NCBI GenBank assembly: GCA_002298125.1
Contig: DBMJ01000016.1
Location: 1 to 64,000, forward strand
DNA: 64,000 nt
Reading direction: 5' to 3'
From: Clostridium sp. UBA701
GTDB lineage: Bacteria; Bacillota; Clostridia; Clostridiales; Clostridiaceae
In this document: positions 1 through 10,517 of the stretch, piece after piece
How the letters are laid out: each line of letters begins with the position of its first letter
Numbering within the stretch: position 1 is the stretch's first letter
Made by a program: the position numbers and the translations under genes
The notes under the pieces: model-generated
The model's input: only the letters and a program-made list of their open reading frames with translations
Databases searched by the model: none
Told to the model about the DNA's origin: nothing

Positions 1-144
1 AACCTTAACATAGGATGTATTTATATACCATTTTGCCTATAGCAAGATAGCCAACAATTTAACTACAAACAATCAAACCCACCATAGTCCTTTGATTTAA
101 ATTTCAACAATTTGGATATAAATTTATAAGAAAGGGGTAATAGT

Positions 145-366
145 ATGCCAGACATAAAATTTGAAATAAAAGAAACCTTCGGAGTGCTTTCAGAATCAGC
201 TAAGGGCTGGAAGAAAGAATTAACTCTTATCAGCTGGAACGATAGGGAGCCTAAGTATGACATCAGGGATTGGGATTTAGGGCATGAGAAAATGGGAAAG
301 GGAGTCACCTTAACATTGGAGGAGCTTAGAAGTCTTAAAGAAATTTTAAACAGCATAAACTTATAA
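145..366 (+). CDS. YdbC-like PC4-type ssDNA-binding protein (bacterial transcriptional coactivator p15 fold)
   Basis: 73 aa; motif KFEI..E..VLSE.AKGW.KEL..ISWND.EPKYDIR.W...HEKMGKG.TL matches the Lactococcus YdbC family as recalled; GGGG RBS 8 nt upstream. Confidence 0.8.
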   Translation: MPDIKFEIKETFGVLSESAKGWKKELTLISWNDREPKYDIRDWDLGHEKMGKGVTLTLEELRSLKEILNSINL

Positions 367-400
367 AAAGGTGCAGAAGTTTTCTCCTGCACCTTTTATC
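366..400. terminator. bidirectional intrinsic terminator (aaaaaGGTGCAGaagttttctcCTGCACCtttt)
   Basis: GC-rich stem flanked by A-run and T-run, between convergent genes. Confidence 0.6.
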
Positions 401-2524
401 TTACTTCTCCTCAGCTATATCCTTAGCTCTCATCTTACTTAAAATCTCATCTCTTAGCTTCTTTAGCTCTGGAGAGGATTCATTCTCCACTCCCTTAGAG
501 AGAGCTACCTTGTCACTTAAAAGCAGCATAACTAGACTTTCGAAGGCATTTGGAACGTTGCTTTCTCCATCCTTTCCTCCTGCAGCTATGACGGTCTTTG
601 GAACTATGTCTACGCCGGAGGTCTTTACTGCGTCTGCGAAGGAGGTCATAATATCCTGCATAATCTTGTATTGTGCTCCTCCGTATGCATTAACCTGCTC
701 GCGAGCAGCAATAGCCTTAGATATACCAACTCTTGCTTCTCTATCAGCTTCAGCTTCACCCACAGTCTTAGTCTTGTAAGCATCAGCTTCACCAGTCTGT
801 TTAGTCTTGTAAGCCTCTGCCTCTGCCTGCTGTTTTACTCTATAGGCTTCAGCTTCCGCCTGCTGTTTTACCTTGTAGGCATCAGCTTCAGAAAGTCTTT
901 GAATCTTCTCGGCATCCTGTCTGGATTTCATAAGATCTGCCTTACCATGGTTTTCCTGAATCCTGATGTTGATATCGGATTCTGTAAGGGAGGTCTGCTG
1001 CTTGGCTATGGCTTCAGCTTCTCTTAGCTCTTTTTCTTTCTCTGCTGCAGTCTGCTGGTTTTCATAGGTTTGAAGCTGTTCCTTAGCCAGCTGTCTGCTT
1101 CTGAGCTGAGTTAGAATCTGCTCAATGTTGTTGTCATTTTTAGAGCTGGTTGGAGTACCTATTAATACTTCCTCAAGCTCCAGATTGTAGTGATCAAATT
1201 TGCCCTTCATTTCACTAGAGGAAAGGTCTTGAATCTCATTTCTCTGCTGAATAAGCTCTATTAAGGTCTTTGTTTGTCCTATGTTTTTAAAGTAAGCAGA
1301 TACCATTGGGTCCAAGGTCTGGTCAACCAGCATTTTTACGTCTCCAAATCTCTGTATTACAAGAGGTGCTTTTCTGTAGTCTATGTGGAACACCACAGAT
1401 AGAGGAAGGGATGGCTCGAAGGCATCCTTTGTGATTAAGCTTACTTCCTTTAGATTTTCATCATACTTATGGGTTCCATTTTGATTGGAAATCCACTTTA
1501 ATATTACGTTGGTGGTAGGTACTTGAATTATGCTACCTGCATAGGTGTTAAAGGCATATTTACCAGGCATTAATGGATCGCTCCATACTCCTCTAAAGCC
1601 TGCCTTTACCAGCTCACCATGTTTGTAATCTGTTCCAGAGCTGTCCTCACCCTTAAGGCCTGTATAAGAAACTACAACTCCAACAAAACCCACTGGAATA
1701 ACTGTTTTCTTAATATATTCCACCGTAGCAAAGAGCCTGTTAATAAAGTAAGTACCATCTGCCAGCACTTGGTATTGTCTGCCTCTAAAACCGCCAGCCT
1801 TAAGGAAGCTCTCAGGGTCCTGGAAGTTATTGTGATAATGCTCTGCTGTAGCATCATCGCCAACTGTAGGACATATTATATTGTCCTTACCAAGAGATGG
1901 ACCGTCATGTACAGTCACTATTCCAACTAGATCTGATTCACCCTGTATTATTACTGGGTCAAAGCCTCTTCTTTCACTAATCTTCTGAGCCATTTCCATT
2001 ATGGTCTGCTGCTCGGACTTGGTTCCAAGTGGAAGATAGTAGGTCTGACGCTCTGTGATGATTATAAATTGTGCTAGGTTAAAGGCATAAGTACCTTCAC
2101 GGATGACTCCTCTTTGAGGCCCCTTTTGTCCGCCATTTTTCAAAAATGCTCGTACATCTTGAAAGTTGTTGCACTCAGGAATGATTTTGCCCAGTGTTTG
2201 AGTAGGCTCTAGGGATTTACCGTCTCGTGAAAACACATAGGCTATCTTTCCCTGAGGGATGGTAACCAGTGGTACGGTGTGTACCTTGTAAACAAGTGGT
2301 GAAAGAAAGTGAATACCTCCTCTAACCAGGTCAGGTTGATAACCAGCCTCTCCATTTAACGCTATGATCTGCTCCTTTAAGGACCCCTTGGCGGACCACC
2401 ATTTTTCCACAATAGCAACCTGGTTGTTGGGGATAATCTTAAGACCTATTATCCATAGAAACAGTAGGAAGCCTACAACTCCAACTCCTACCCAAATTAG
2501 TGTGTTTAGCATTGCTGCATCCAT
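401..2524 (-). CDS. flotillin-like SPFH/band-7 domain protein (YqiK/FloT family) with C-terminal coiled-coil AEAEAY(K/R)VKQQ repeats
   Basis: 707 aa; N-terminal TM helix, SPFH-like core, long Ala/Glu/Lys-rich heptad repeats; AAAGGGGG RBS. Confidence 0.8.
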   Translation of the reverse strand: MDAAMLNTLIWVGVGVVGFLLFLWIIGLKIIPNNQVAIVEKWWSAKGSLKEQIIALNGEAGYQPDLVRGGIHFLSPLVYKVHTVPLVTIPQGKIAYVFSRDGKSLEPTQTLGKIIPECNNFQDVRAFLKNGGQKGPQRGVIREGTYAFNLAQFIIITERQTYYLPLGTKSEQQTIMEMAQKISERRGFDPVIIQGESDLVGIVTVHDGPSLGKDNIICPTVGDDATAEHYHNNFQDPESFLKAGGFRGRQYQVLADGTYFINRLFATVEYIKKTVIPVGFVGVVVSYTGLKGEDSSGTDYKHGELVKAGFRGVWSDPLMPGKYAFNTYAGSIIQVPTTNVILKWISNQNGTHKYDENLKEVSLITKDAFEPSLPLSVVFHIDYRKAPLVIQRFGDVKMLVDQTLDPMVSAYFKNIGQTKTLIELIQQRNEIQDLSSSEMKGKFDHYNLELEEVLIGTPTSSKNDNNIEQILTQLRSRQLAKEQLQTYENQQTAAEKEKELREAEAIAKQQTSLTESDINIRIQENHGKADLMKSRQDAEKIQRLSEADAYKVKQQAEAEAYRVKQQAEAEAYKTKQTGEADAYKTKTVGEAEADREARVGISKAIAAREQVNAYGGAQYKIMQDIMTSFADAVKTSGVDIVPKTVIAAGGKDGESNVPNAFESLVMLLLSDKVALSKGVENESSPELKKLRDEILSKMRAKDIAEEK

Positions 2525-2952
2525 TTAAATAACCCCCTTTAATTTATTGTAATAAATATTATCTATTACTATGAAAATAATTATATTATGTGGTAATAAA
2601 TAACTCAAAGCCTCTTTTTAATGTTTTTTATTCACGGCAGTTAATGGAAGGCAGAGTAACCTATTAACTCTTTTACTATCGCTATTTATCTCATCTTTGC
2701 TATGGTGTACAAGATATTTTCAGCCCTACTGCTATATTATTAAACTTCACTAGAAGATATGAGAAGAATTTTCAAATATACTTTTTCCGTAATATATGTT
2801 ACCGATTTATTTTTAACCCTTAAGTAATATATATATATGAGTAAAATATAATTAATTAAAACACAACCCAGAAACATACCTGCCCTGTCCAGCCCATATG
2901 AGGCGTTTGGGAAGGTATTAAAGGGAGAAATAATTTTTAGGAGGTATTTTAA

Positions 2953-4641
2953 ATGATAAATGAAGTTAACACAGGCTGCAGCAGCTGCAGTGGATGTCAA
3001 AGTGCAATGTTTTGCTATCAATGTGAGCAGACCGTAAAGGGTACAGGATGTACAACCATGGGTGTATGCGGAAAGGACCCTGAGGTAGCAGCACTACAAG
3101 ACCTTATGATCCATGAACTAAAGGGCATTGGAGTACTAGGACAAAAACTAATTGAAAGAGGAGAGACATTAACAGAAAAATTACACAAGTTTGTAATGGA
3201 TGGATTATTCTCCACCTTGACCAATGTAAACTTTTCTCCAGCAAGATTTGTAGAGCTGATTCATGAAGCTGAGGAACATAAAACAGAGCTTATTTCAAAG
3301 TTTGGGGAAGAAAAGCTCCCAGAGGCTGCACTATATAGAGCACCAGAGAGCAGAAGTGAAATGGTTAGAGAGGGAAGAAGACTAGGTGTATTTAGCAATC
3401 CAGAGCTTAATGAGGATGTAAGAGCTACTAAGGAGCTTGCAATTTATGGCTTAAAGGGTGTTGCAGCATATGCTCATCATGCATATGTGTTAGGCAAGAG
3501 TGACCTTGAGGTTAATAATTTCTTCTATAAGGTATTGTCTGCAGCAGCAGTGGATGATAAGGACTTAAACTTCTGGGTTAACATGAGCCTTGAGCTTGGA
3601 CGAGTTAACTTCAGATGCATGGAGCTCTTAAGTGAAGCAAACAGCGGAACCTATGGAACTCCTACTCCAACCAATGTTGTGATTACTAAGAAAAAAGGTC
3701 CAGTAATCGTTGTATCAGGACATGACTTAAAGGATCTTAAGGAGCTTTTAGAGCAGACAGAGGGTAAGGGCATAAACATCTATACTCATGGAGAAATGCT
3801 TCCTGCTCATGCTTATCCAGAGCTTAAGAAATATCCTCATCTTGTAGGAAACTACGGCGGAGCTTGGCAGGATCAGCAGAAGGAATTTGACAGCCTCCCA
3901 GGCTGCATATTAATGACTACAAACTGCATTCAAAAGCCAAGAGAAAGCTACAAGGACAGGATTTTTACCTCAAGTGTAGTAGGCTGGCCAGATGTAGCTC
4001 ATATAGAGGATGCTAAGGAAGGTAAGGCTAAGGACTTTTCTGCTATCATAGAAAAAGCACTTTCATTAGGTGGATGGACTGAGGATGAAGAGGAAAAGAC
4101 TATTATGGTAGGCTTTGGTCACTCAGCAGTGCTTAGTCATGCAGATAAGATTATTGAGGGCGTAAAGAGCGGAGCAATAAAGCACTTCTTCCTAATTGGC
4201 GGCTGCGATGGAGCAAAACCAGGAAGAAATTACTATACTGATCTTGCAACCTCCTTGCCAAAGGATACTATAATCCTTACTCTTGCCTGTGGAAAGTACA
4301 GATTTAACAAGCTGGACTTTGGTAATATAGGAGAGCTTCCAAGATTATTAGATGTAGGTCAGTGTAATGACGCCTATTCTGCAGTAAAGATAGCTCTTGC
4401 ACTAGCAGAGGCCTTCAACTGCGGCGTAAACGACCTGCCCCTATCTCTTATCCTATCCTGGTATGAGCAGAAGGCAGTATGTATACTACTATCCTTACTG
4501 GCACTTGGAATAAAGAATATAAAGCTAGGGCCATCACTTCCAGCCTTTATATCTCCAAATGTACTAAAGGTATTGGTTGAAAACTTTGGAATAAAGCCAA
4601 TCTCCACTCCAGAAGAGGACATAAAAGAGATTTTAGGATAA
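2953..4641 (+). CDS. hcp: hydroxylamine reductase / hybrid-cluster protein Hcp, with an 18-aa Cys-rich N-terminal extension
   Basis: Canonical MFCYQCEQT motif begins at residue 19; the conserved C-terminal half is present; strong GGAGG RBS supports the upstream ATG at 2953. Confidence 0.9.
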   Translation: MINEVNTGCSSCSGCQSAMFCYQCEQTVKGTGCTTMGVCGKDPEVAALQDLMIHELKGIGVLGQKLIERGETLTEKLHKFVMDGLFSTLTNVNFSPARFVELIHEAEEHKTELISKFGEEKLPEAALYRAPESRSEMVREGRRLGVFSNPELNEDVRATKELAIYGLKGVAAYAHHAYVLGKSDLEVNNFFYKVLSAAAVDDKDLNFWVNMSLELGRVNFRCMELLSEANSGTYGTPTPTNVVITKKKGPVIVVSGHDLKDLKELLEQTEGKGINIYTHGEMLPAHAYPELKKYPHLVGNYGGAWQDQQKEFDSLPGCILMTTNCIQKPRESYKDRIFTSSVVGWPDVAHIEDAKEGKAKDFSAIIEKALSLGGWTEDEEEKTIMVGFGHSAVLSHADKIIEGVKSGAIKHFFLIGGCDGAKPGRNYYTDLATSLPKDTIILTLACGKYRFNKLDFGNIGELPRLLDVGQCNDAYSAVKIALALAEAFNCGVNDLPLSLILSWYEQKAVCILLSLLALGIKNIKLGPSLPAFISPNVLKVLVENFGIKPISTPEEDIKEILG

Positions 4642-4650
4642 TATCCATAA

Positions 4651-4682
4651 CAAAAACTCTCAGTTTTATCTGAGAGTTTTTT
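4651..4682 (+). terminator. intrinsic terminator after hcp (AAAAACTCTCAGttttatCTGAGAGTTTTTT)
   Basis: perfect 9-bp stem followed by T6. Confidence 0.65.
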
Positions 4683-4759
4683 GCTGTACTGTGTAACTAT
4701 TTGAATTGTTTACCGTATACTAGGTATACTAAGTTTCCACCAAAAGGGGGTCAGGTGGC

Positions 4760-5188
4760 ATGTCCAAATATGATGCAATAGTAATTATAAGCTTGGCACT
4801 GGTTTTCTATAATGTATATTTTGTAATAAAGAACTTTTTAATAAAGTTTATAGCTAGTGACCACGGTTTTCTTAATGTGGCTATAATTTTATTATTCGTG
4901 GTCTCTTTATGCGGAGCCCTAATAGCAGGCTGTGATGCTCTTTATGCACAAAATATCATAGACTATCTAGCTTCAAAGAAGTACATTGGCGATAAGGAGC
5001 TTGATTATCTTCAGAAGGAGCTTATTAGGTTGTCCACCCAAATTAATATATCCTTAATAACAGGGTATGTAGCTGCCCTATTGGGACTTGGTGGACATCA
5101 GTTAATCAAGAGGGAAATTAAAAGGGCTAATGAAAGACCTAAAAGGCTATGGAATTGGGAAAAGGTAACTAGTAAGGATAATAGGTAA
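4760..5188 (+). CDS. hypothetical membrane protein (2-3 TM helices)
   Basis: ORF with GGGGG RBS, hydrophobic segments, no recognisable family. Confidence 0.4.
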   Translation: MSKYDAIVIISLALVFYNVYFVIKNFLIKFIASDHGFLNVAIILLFVVSLCGALIAGCDALYAQNIIDYLASKKYIGDKELDYLQKELIRLSTQINISLITGYVAALLGLGGHQLIKREIKRANERPKRLWNWEKVTSKDNR

Positions 5189-5550
5189 GACCTCTAGGAG
5201 ACTTTCTTTTTTTTCTTCAGTACCCATATACACTCCCACCACTCCTTTTTACCTATATTTTAATTATATATGGCTATGAATTATAAAGAGTTAATTTAAT
5301 ACAACAAAAACATTACAAATGAGTAACACTTTACATATTAGACTGTATTTAAAGCATAGTGGTTTTATCTTTATCTAAAACTATTAAAATATTTAAGGTT
5401 TAGTAAAGATAAGCTTAATAATTTCTGTAGACAGCTTAAAAATATATATAAGATTTGTTCACCATAAAAGCACCCTTGTAATATTATGTAGCAGGCGAAC
5501 AAAAGATATCTCCATAGTTTTACTTATTCTTAAAATGGAGGTAGATATTT

Positions 5551-5922
5551 ATGGCTATCCATGTAATAAAAAATCAACAGGTGTCACCCTGCCAAGATAC
5601 TTCAGATTCCCAGACTCACGTTCATGAATTTGAAGGAAGCACAAAATTAGCTGAAACAGGAGCTGACACGCACAATCATAGATTTGCAGGAGTAACAGGA
5701 GAAGTCGTTCCTAGACCTAATGGAAGACACGTGCATGCTCTGCTCACTAACACAGATTTTTTTGACCATCATCATGATATTGGAGGCTTTACGGAGCTAG
5801 ATACTCCTATTCCTAACAGTGATAAGCACGTTCACTTGGTTCAGGGCACCACATCCATGGTAGAAGGACATGTTCATGATTTTATTTTTACAACTTTAAT
5901 TAATAGTCCATTAGAACCTTAA
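5551..5922 (+). CDS. YmaF-family histidine-rich protein (spore-associated family in Bacilli/Clostridia)
   Basis: 123 aa; repeated HVH / HxH motifs (HVHEFEGST, HNHRFAG, RHVHAL, HHHD, HVHLVQGTT, GHVHDF) typical of YmaF; GGAGG RBS. Confidence 0.6.
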   Translation: MAIHVIKNQQVSPCQDTSDSQTHVHEFEGSTKLAETGADTHNHRFAGVTGEVVPRPNGRHVHALLTNTDFFDHHHDIGGFTELDTPIPNSDKHVHLVQGTTSMVEGHVHDFIFTTLINSPLEP

Positions 5923-5928
5923 TAATAA

Positions 5929-5956
5929 GGGCTGCTGACTTGTAAGTCAGCAGCCT
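5929..5956. terminator. bidirectional terminator (GGGCTGCTGACTtgtaAGTCAGCAGCC)
   Basis: 12-bp perfect stem between convergent ymaF-like and patB-like genes. Confidence 0.65.
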
Positions 5957-5964
5957 GTTTAAAT

Positions 5965-7137
5965 TTAGAGCTTTTTAATGGCGTATTCAAGTCTCTCTAG
6001 AGCTTCCTTTAGAATATGACGAGGACAAGCTAAATTTATCCTTTGGAAGCCTTCTCCTCCTGGCCCAAAGATTATACCCTCATCAAGGGCTAGCTTAGCT
6101 TTATTTACTATAAAGCTCTTAAGAGCCTCATCTGAAAGCTTCAAGGCATTAAAGTCCACCCATAGAAGATAGGTACCCTCTGGCACAAGGGGCTTTAGCA
6201 TAGGAAGTCTTTCTTTTATAAAATTTATGGCATAATCGCAATTTCCCTTAAGATAAGGCAGCAGTGCCTCAAGCCAAGGCTCCCCATGGGTATAAGCAGC
6301 TTCAAAGGCCGTTATGCCAAAGATATTTGACATGATTAGTCCAAGGCTATCAATAGTTTTGTTAAACTGTGCTCTAAGCTTTTCGCTTGGTATTATTATT
6401 GAGGACAGCATAAGCCCTGCCAGGTTGAAGGTTTTACTAGGAGCCATACAGGTTATGGTGTTTTGGGCTAACTCCTCTGATAATGAGGCAATGGGAATGT
6501 GCACCTTGGGCTTAAAAATTAAATCACAGTGGATTTCATCAGATACTATTAAAATATTGTGTTTTAAACAGATATCTCCGAGAGATAGCAGCTCTTCTCT
6601 TGTCCAAACTCTCCCTACAGGGTTGTGAGGGTTGCAGAGTATAAGCATTTTGGTCTTAGGAGTTATAAGTTTTTCAAGTCCTTCAAGGTTCATCCTATAG
6701 CTTTTTCCATCAAATATAAGGGGATTATAAACAAGCTCCCTGTCATTATTATTAATTGAAGACATGAAGGGATAATAAACGGGAGACTGTACCACTATCT
6801 CATCCCCAGGTCTAGTATAGGATAAAATTGCAAGGTTAAGTGCAGTAACTACTCCAGGTGTAAAGCATAGCCATTCCTTTTCAAGGCTCCAGCTATGTCT
6901 TTTATTTACCCAGTTTATAAAGGAGGTATAAAATGCTTCTGGCATAGCAGTATAGCCATAGGCACCATGCTTAGCCCTTTCTACAATTGCTGAAACTACT
7001 TCTTTAGGGGCTTCAAAATCCATATCTGCTACCCATAGAGGAAGTAAATCCACTCCGCCATAAAAGGAGTCTACAAAATCCCACTTAAGACAAGCTGTAT
7101 TATGTCTATTAATACCTTTATCAAAATTATAATCCAT
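5965..7137 (-). CDS. patB: PLP-dependent C-S lyase / cystathionine beta-lyase PatB (MalY family aminotransferase class I/II)
   Basis: 390 aa; N-terminus MDYNFDKGINRHNTACLKWDF is typical of the PatB/MalY family; AAGAGG RBS. Confidence 0.8.
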   Translation of the reverse strand: MDYNFDKGINRHNTACLKWDFVDSFYGGVDLLPLWVADMDFEAPKEVVSAIVERAKHGAYGYTAMPEAFYTSFINWVNKRHSWSLEKEWLCFTPGVVTALNLAILSYTRPGDEIVVQSPVYYPFMSSINNNDRELVYNPLIFDGKSYRMNLEGLEKLITPKTKMLILCNPHNPVGRVWTREELLSLGDICLKHNILIVSDEIHCDLIFKPKVHIPIASLSEELAQNTITCMAPSKTFNLAGLMLSSIIIPSEKLRAQFNKTIDSLGLIMSNIFGITAFEAAYTHGEPWLEALLPYLKGNCDYAINFIKERLPMLKPLVPEGTYLLWVDFNALKLSDEALKSFIVNKAKLALDEGIIFGPGGEGFQRINLACPRHILKEALERLEYAIKKL

Positions 7138-7282
7138 AGCTTTAAACCTCTTTCCATTATAATTGAAGTATAAATAAATAATTCTACTAAGAATGCAAAT
7201 TTCCTTTATATTGATAATTACACTAGCAAATAAAGTAGCTGCTTCATACTATAAACTGAAGTAAATTTTATGGAGGAGCTCT

Positions 7283-8296
7283 ATGAAGAAAAAATTATGT
7301 GTATTTTTGACAGCACTGCTTACACTTACCTCACTTGCAGGCTGTAGCAGCACAAAGGATAAGAGCCTTGTAAAGGTAAAGCTAAATGAAGTTGTACGTT
7401 CTGTTTTCTATGCTCCTATGTATGCAGCCATTTCCCAAGGCTTCTTTAAGGAGGAGGGAATAGAAATTGATCTTTCCACAGGACAAGGGGCAGACAAAAC
7501 CATGCAGCAGGTGTTAAGCGGCAGCGATGATATTGGCTTCTGCGGACCTGAACAGGTAATCTATATCCATAATCAACATAGAGATGACTACCCTGTAATC
7601 TTTGCACAGCTCACTCAAAGAGATGGGTCTTTTATGGTAAGCAGAAAGGATGAGAAGGATTTTACTTGGGAATCCTTAAAGGGAAAGACTATAATTGGGG
7701 GAAGACCTGGTGGAGTTCCAGAGATGGCACTAGAATATGTGCTTAGAAACCATGGACTAAACCCTGCTACAGATGTTAATCTCATCACAAACCTGGCCTT
7801 TACGGCTACAGCTGGAGCCTTTAAGGCAGGCACTGGAGACTATGTTGCTCTCTTTGAGCCCACCGCCTCCATGCTGGTAAAGGATGGCTCAGGCTATATT
7901 GTATCCTCTGTAGGAAAATCTGCAGGGACCCTACCCTACACCTGCTTCTTTACAACTAAATCCTATATGGATAAGAACCCAGATATAATTGAAAAGTTCA
8001 CAAGAGCCATATACAAGGGACAGCTCTGGGTTGACAAAAAGAGCGACAAGGAAGTAGCTCAAGCCATAATATCCTATTTCCCAGGCACAGATGAGGAGTT
8101 AATAGCTCAGGTTGTAAAAAATTATAGAGATGTAGATGCCTTTGCCAAGAATCCAATTTTAAAGGAGGAGGAAATGTCAAGATTAATGGACATTATCCAG
8201 TCCTACAAGGGAGACCTTATAAAGGAAAGACCAGCCTTTAACAAGATGGTAAATAACAGCTTTGGAGAAAAGACCATAGAAAATATAAAGAAGTAA
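7283..8296 (+). CDS. ABC transporter substrate-binding lipoprotein, NMT1/THI5-like (NitT/TauT-type)
   Basis: 337 aa; signal peptide plus lipobox LAGC; SsuA/NMT1-like fold signatures. Confidence 0.75.
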   Translation: MKKKLCVFLTALLTLTSLAGCSSTKDKSLVKVKLNEVVRSVFYAPMYAAISQGFFKEEGIEIDLSTGQGADKTMQQVLSGSDDIGFCGPEQVIYIHNQHRDDYPVIFAQLTQRDGSFMVSRKDEKDFTWESLKGKTIIGGRPGGVPEMALEYVLRNHGLNPATDVNLITNLAFTATAGAFKAGTGDYVALFEPTASMLVKDGSGYIVSSVGKSAGTLPYTCFFTTKSYMDKNPDIIEKFTRAIYKGQLWVDKKSDKEVAQAIISYFPGTDEELIAQVVKNYRDVDAFAKNPILKEEEMSRLMDIIQSYKGDLIKERPAFNKMVNNSFGEKTIENIKK

Positions 8297-8301
8297 GCTA
8301 A

Positions 8302-8327
8302 AGGGTGCCGTTTGGTGCCCTTTTAAA
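8302..8327 (+). terminator. intrinsic terminator (AAGGGTGCCgtttGGTGCCCTTTT)
   Basis: hairpin plus T-run after the SBP gene. Confidence 0.55.
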
Positions 8328-8385
8328 CTTGAGGTCAAGTTTAACCTAACTCATACGTTATATGTAATGTGGACTAGAATAAGGA

Positions 8386-9525
8386 GTGATAATATTGGCA
8401 AATAGCTTTGAAATAGAGATCAATTCCCAAAATAGCTTCTATAAAAAATACCAAGGTTCCTCAGGCTGTGATAGAAAGGTGAAGGTATATTTTTCTGTAC
8501 CTGAAAGGGGAACAGATAGTGATACGGGTTTATTACTTTTTATAGCTGGATTTGGGGGGCAAGCTACCTCAAAGGTATACAAGAAGATGAGAGAAAGCTT
8601 TGCAGATGAATATAACCTGGTGACAATACAGTGTGATTACTTTGGATATGAGTTTATGCAAGAGCCAAAGAACATTTACGTGTTTAAGTCATGGCCAGAA
8701 AAGTTAAGGGGAATCCTTACTGATAAAGAAATTGAGGAAATTAGTGAAGATGGAGGCTTCAATTTAGAAAAATTTTATGAGATAGCCAGTAAATATGAAA
8801 TTACTTTTGAGATTTTCACAGATTTATCAGAAGAAAATACAGATAATTTTAATGATATGGGTTTACTGCAGGCTGTAGACAATATCACTGCTGTACTAAA
8901 TGTGATGAACATTTTATTTGAAAACAGCTGCGAATTTAACACGAAAAAGATAATCATGTATGGACATTCTCATGGAGCTTATCTATCTCATTTGTGTAAT
9001 GCCTTTGCACCTACTCTTTTTTCGCTAATCATTGATAATTCAGCCTGGCTATATCCAGTATATCTAAGGCATGACAGGTTATGGCTTAAACAAGCAAATA
9101 AGTTGACAATACAATGCAGATATAATTACTTAGCAAAAAAGGTGATTAGAGATTTGGAAATTCTAGACCTAGAATATCTTTATACTAAGTTTCATAATAA
9201 CTGCAGCATAATTACCTATCAAGGTACAGAGGATAATCTGATAAATCATAAGCAAAAGCAAAGCCTTTGCAGCAAAATTAAAAAATGCAGCTATAATGAA
9301 GTAGACGAGAGTAAGGTTGATGATATAATCTTCAAGTCCACAAAGCATGGCTTAGATGCAGACTTTTTAAAGCTCTTTGAGTATGCCATGAAGGAATATA
9401 ATAATTCCTTTGAAAAGGATAACCTCTTTCAGCTAGATGAAGAAGTTGTTCTTGAGACAAGTAAATACATATATATCATAGATTACAGCAATATAGCACC
9501 TCATATAAAGATATGGAGAAAATAA
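8386..9525 (+). CDS. DUF2920-family protein, predicted alpha/beta-hydrolase (GHSHG nucleophile elbow)
   Basis: 379 aa; GxSxG motif (YGHSHGAY); family assignment from memory; start probably TTG at 8395 (AAGGAG 8 nt upstream) rather than GTG at 8386. Confidence 0.5.
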   Translation: MIILANSFEIEINSQNSFYKKYQGSSGCDRKVKVYFSVPERGTDSDTGLLLFIAGFGGQATSKVYKKMRESFADEYNLVTIQCDYFGYEFMQEPKNIYVFKSWPEKLRGILTDKEIEEISEDGGFNLEKFYEIASKYEITFEIFTDLSEENTDNFNDMGLLQAVDNITAVLNVMNILFENSCEFNTKKIIMYGHSHGAYLSHLCNAFAPTLFSLIIDNSAWLYPVYLRHDRLWLKQANKLTIQCRYNYLAKKVIRDLEILDLEYLYTKFHNNCSIITYQGTEDNLINHKQKQSLCSKIKKCSYNEVDESKVDDIIFKSTKHGLDADFLKLFEYAMKEYNNSFEKDNLFQLDEEVVLETSKYIYIIDYSNIAPHIKIWRK

Positions 9526-9550
9526 AAGGAGAGCCCAATGGACTCTCCTT
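9524..9550 (+). terminator. intrinsic terminator (AGGAGAGcccaatggaCTCTCCTtt)
   Basis: hairpin immediately after the stop. Confidence 0.5.
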
Positions 9551-9710
9551 TACACTTTTTACTTAAAAACCAGCGTTTTTTACTTTTTTAATTTCATTTA
9601 TTACAAAAAAACAACCAAGTTTTACATAGTTATTGTAATATTTGTAAATAGAGCATATGCTTATTATAATAGCAAATAGTAAAATACTGCATAATTGGAA
9701 GGTGTAGTTT

Positions 9711-10517
9711 ATGATAAATATACTATCAGTAGAGCTAAAAAGGGCAATATTTAACATAAAGTTTTTAATAGCAATAATTGTTGGCCTTGGAATATTGCTT
9801 CTTGGAATGCTTACTAACATAGAAGAGCTAAATAAGTTATATTCCTCTCAAGGTGGTGCTAACGCCTATTTCAATTGGATGGATGTAATGGTAAGAGCTA
9901 ACAGGGGGTACTTTAGTAAAATTGCGCCACTGCTTGCTGCCCTCCCCTTCGCAGATTCTTTTATAAGAGATAAAAATAGTGGTTATATAAGAAGTGTACT
10001 ATATAGAAGCAATATTAAGGAATATAGCTACGCAAAGTTTACAGCAAATGGGGTATGTGGCGGAGCGTCTATTGCCATTCCTTCGCTTATTATGTATTTA
10101 ATCTGCAGTGTACTTTATCAAAATACTCTTCCACCAATTATTGATGGGCACATAAGAGTAGGCTATTACCCTCAAGGAACGGCAGCGTTTTTATTTACTT
10201 CCTATCCTTATCTATACATACTAGCTATGATAATACTTCAATTTATTTTTGGCTTTGTATATGCCAATATAGGCTTTGTGATATCCTTATTTACTGAGAA
10301 GAGAATAAGTGCAATGCTCTCACCTTTATTAATATTTATTGCTCTTAGTATATTATGTGAATTTTTCAATGTAGCCTGGTTTAATCCTGAATATCAGCTT
10401 ATGCCATGGAGAACTGTAAACACTAACTTTTTTAGCACCTATGGTGAACTGATTTTCATAGCAGGTATATGCTTTTATTATACTGTTGCCAATTGTTATA
10501 AGGAGCAAGTGTACTGA
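9711..10517 (+). CDS. polytopic membrane protein, ABC-2-type permease-like (paralogue 1 of 3)
   Basis: 268 aa, ~6 TM helices; first of three consecutive similar permease genes ahead of an ABC ATPase. Confidence 0.5.
   Translation: MINILSVELKRAIFNIKFLIAIIVGLGILLLGMLTNIEELNKLYSSQGGANAYFNWMDVMVRANRGYFSKIAPLLAALPFADSFIRDKNSGYIRSVLYRSNIKEYSYAKFTANGVCGGASIAIPSLIMYLICSVLYQNTLPPIIDGHIRVGYYPQGTAAFLFTSYPYLYILAMIILQFIFGFVYANIGFVISLFTEKRISAMLSPLLIFIALSILCEFFNVAWFNPEYQLMPWRTVNTNFFSTYGELIFIAGICFYYTVANCYKEQVY

Noticed and set aside
510-1027. Plus-strand ORFs 510..779 and 671..1027 inside the flotillin gene
   Set aside because: They are antisense to a well-supported 707-aa SPFH-protein gene, with Ser/Leu-rich low-complexity translations.
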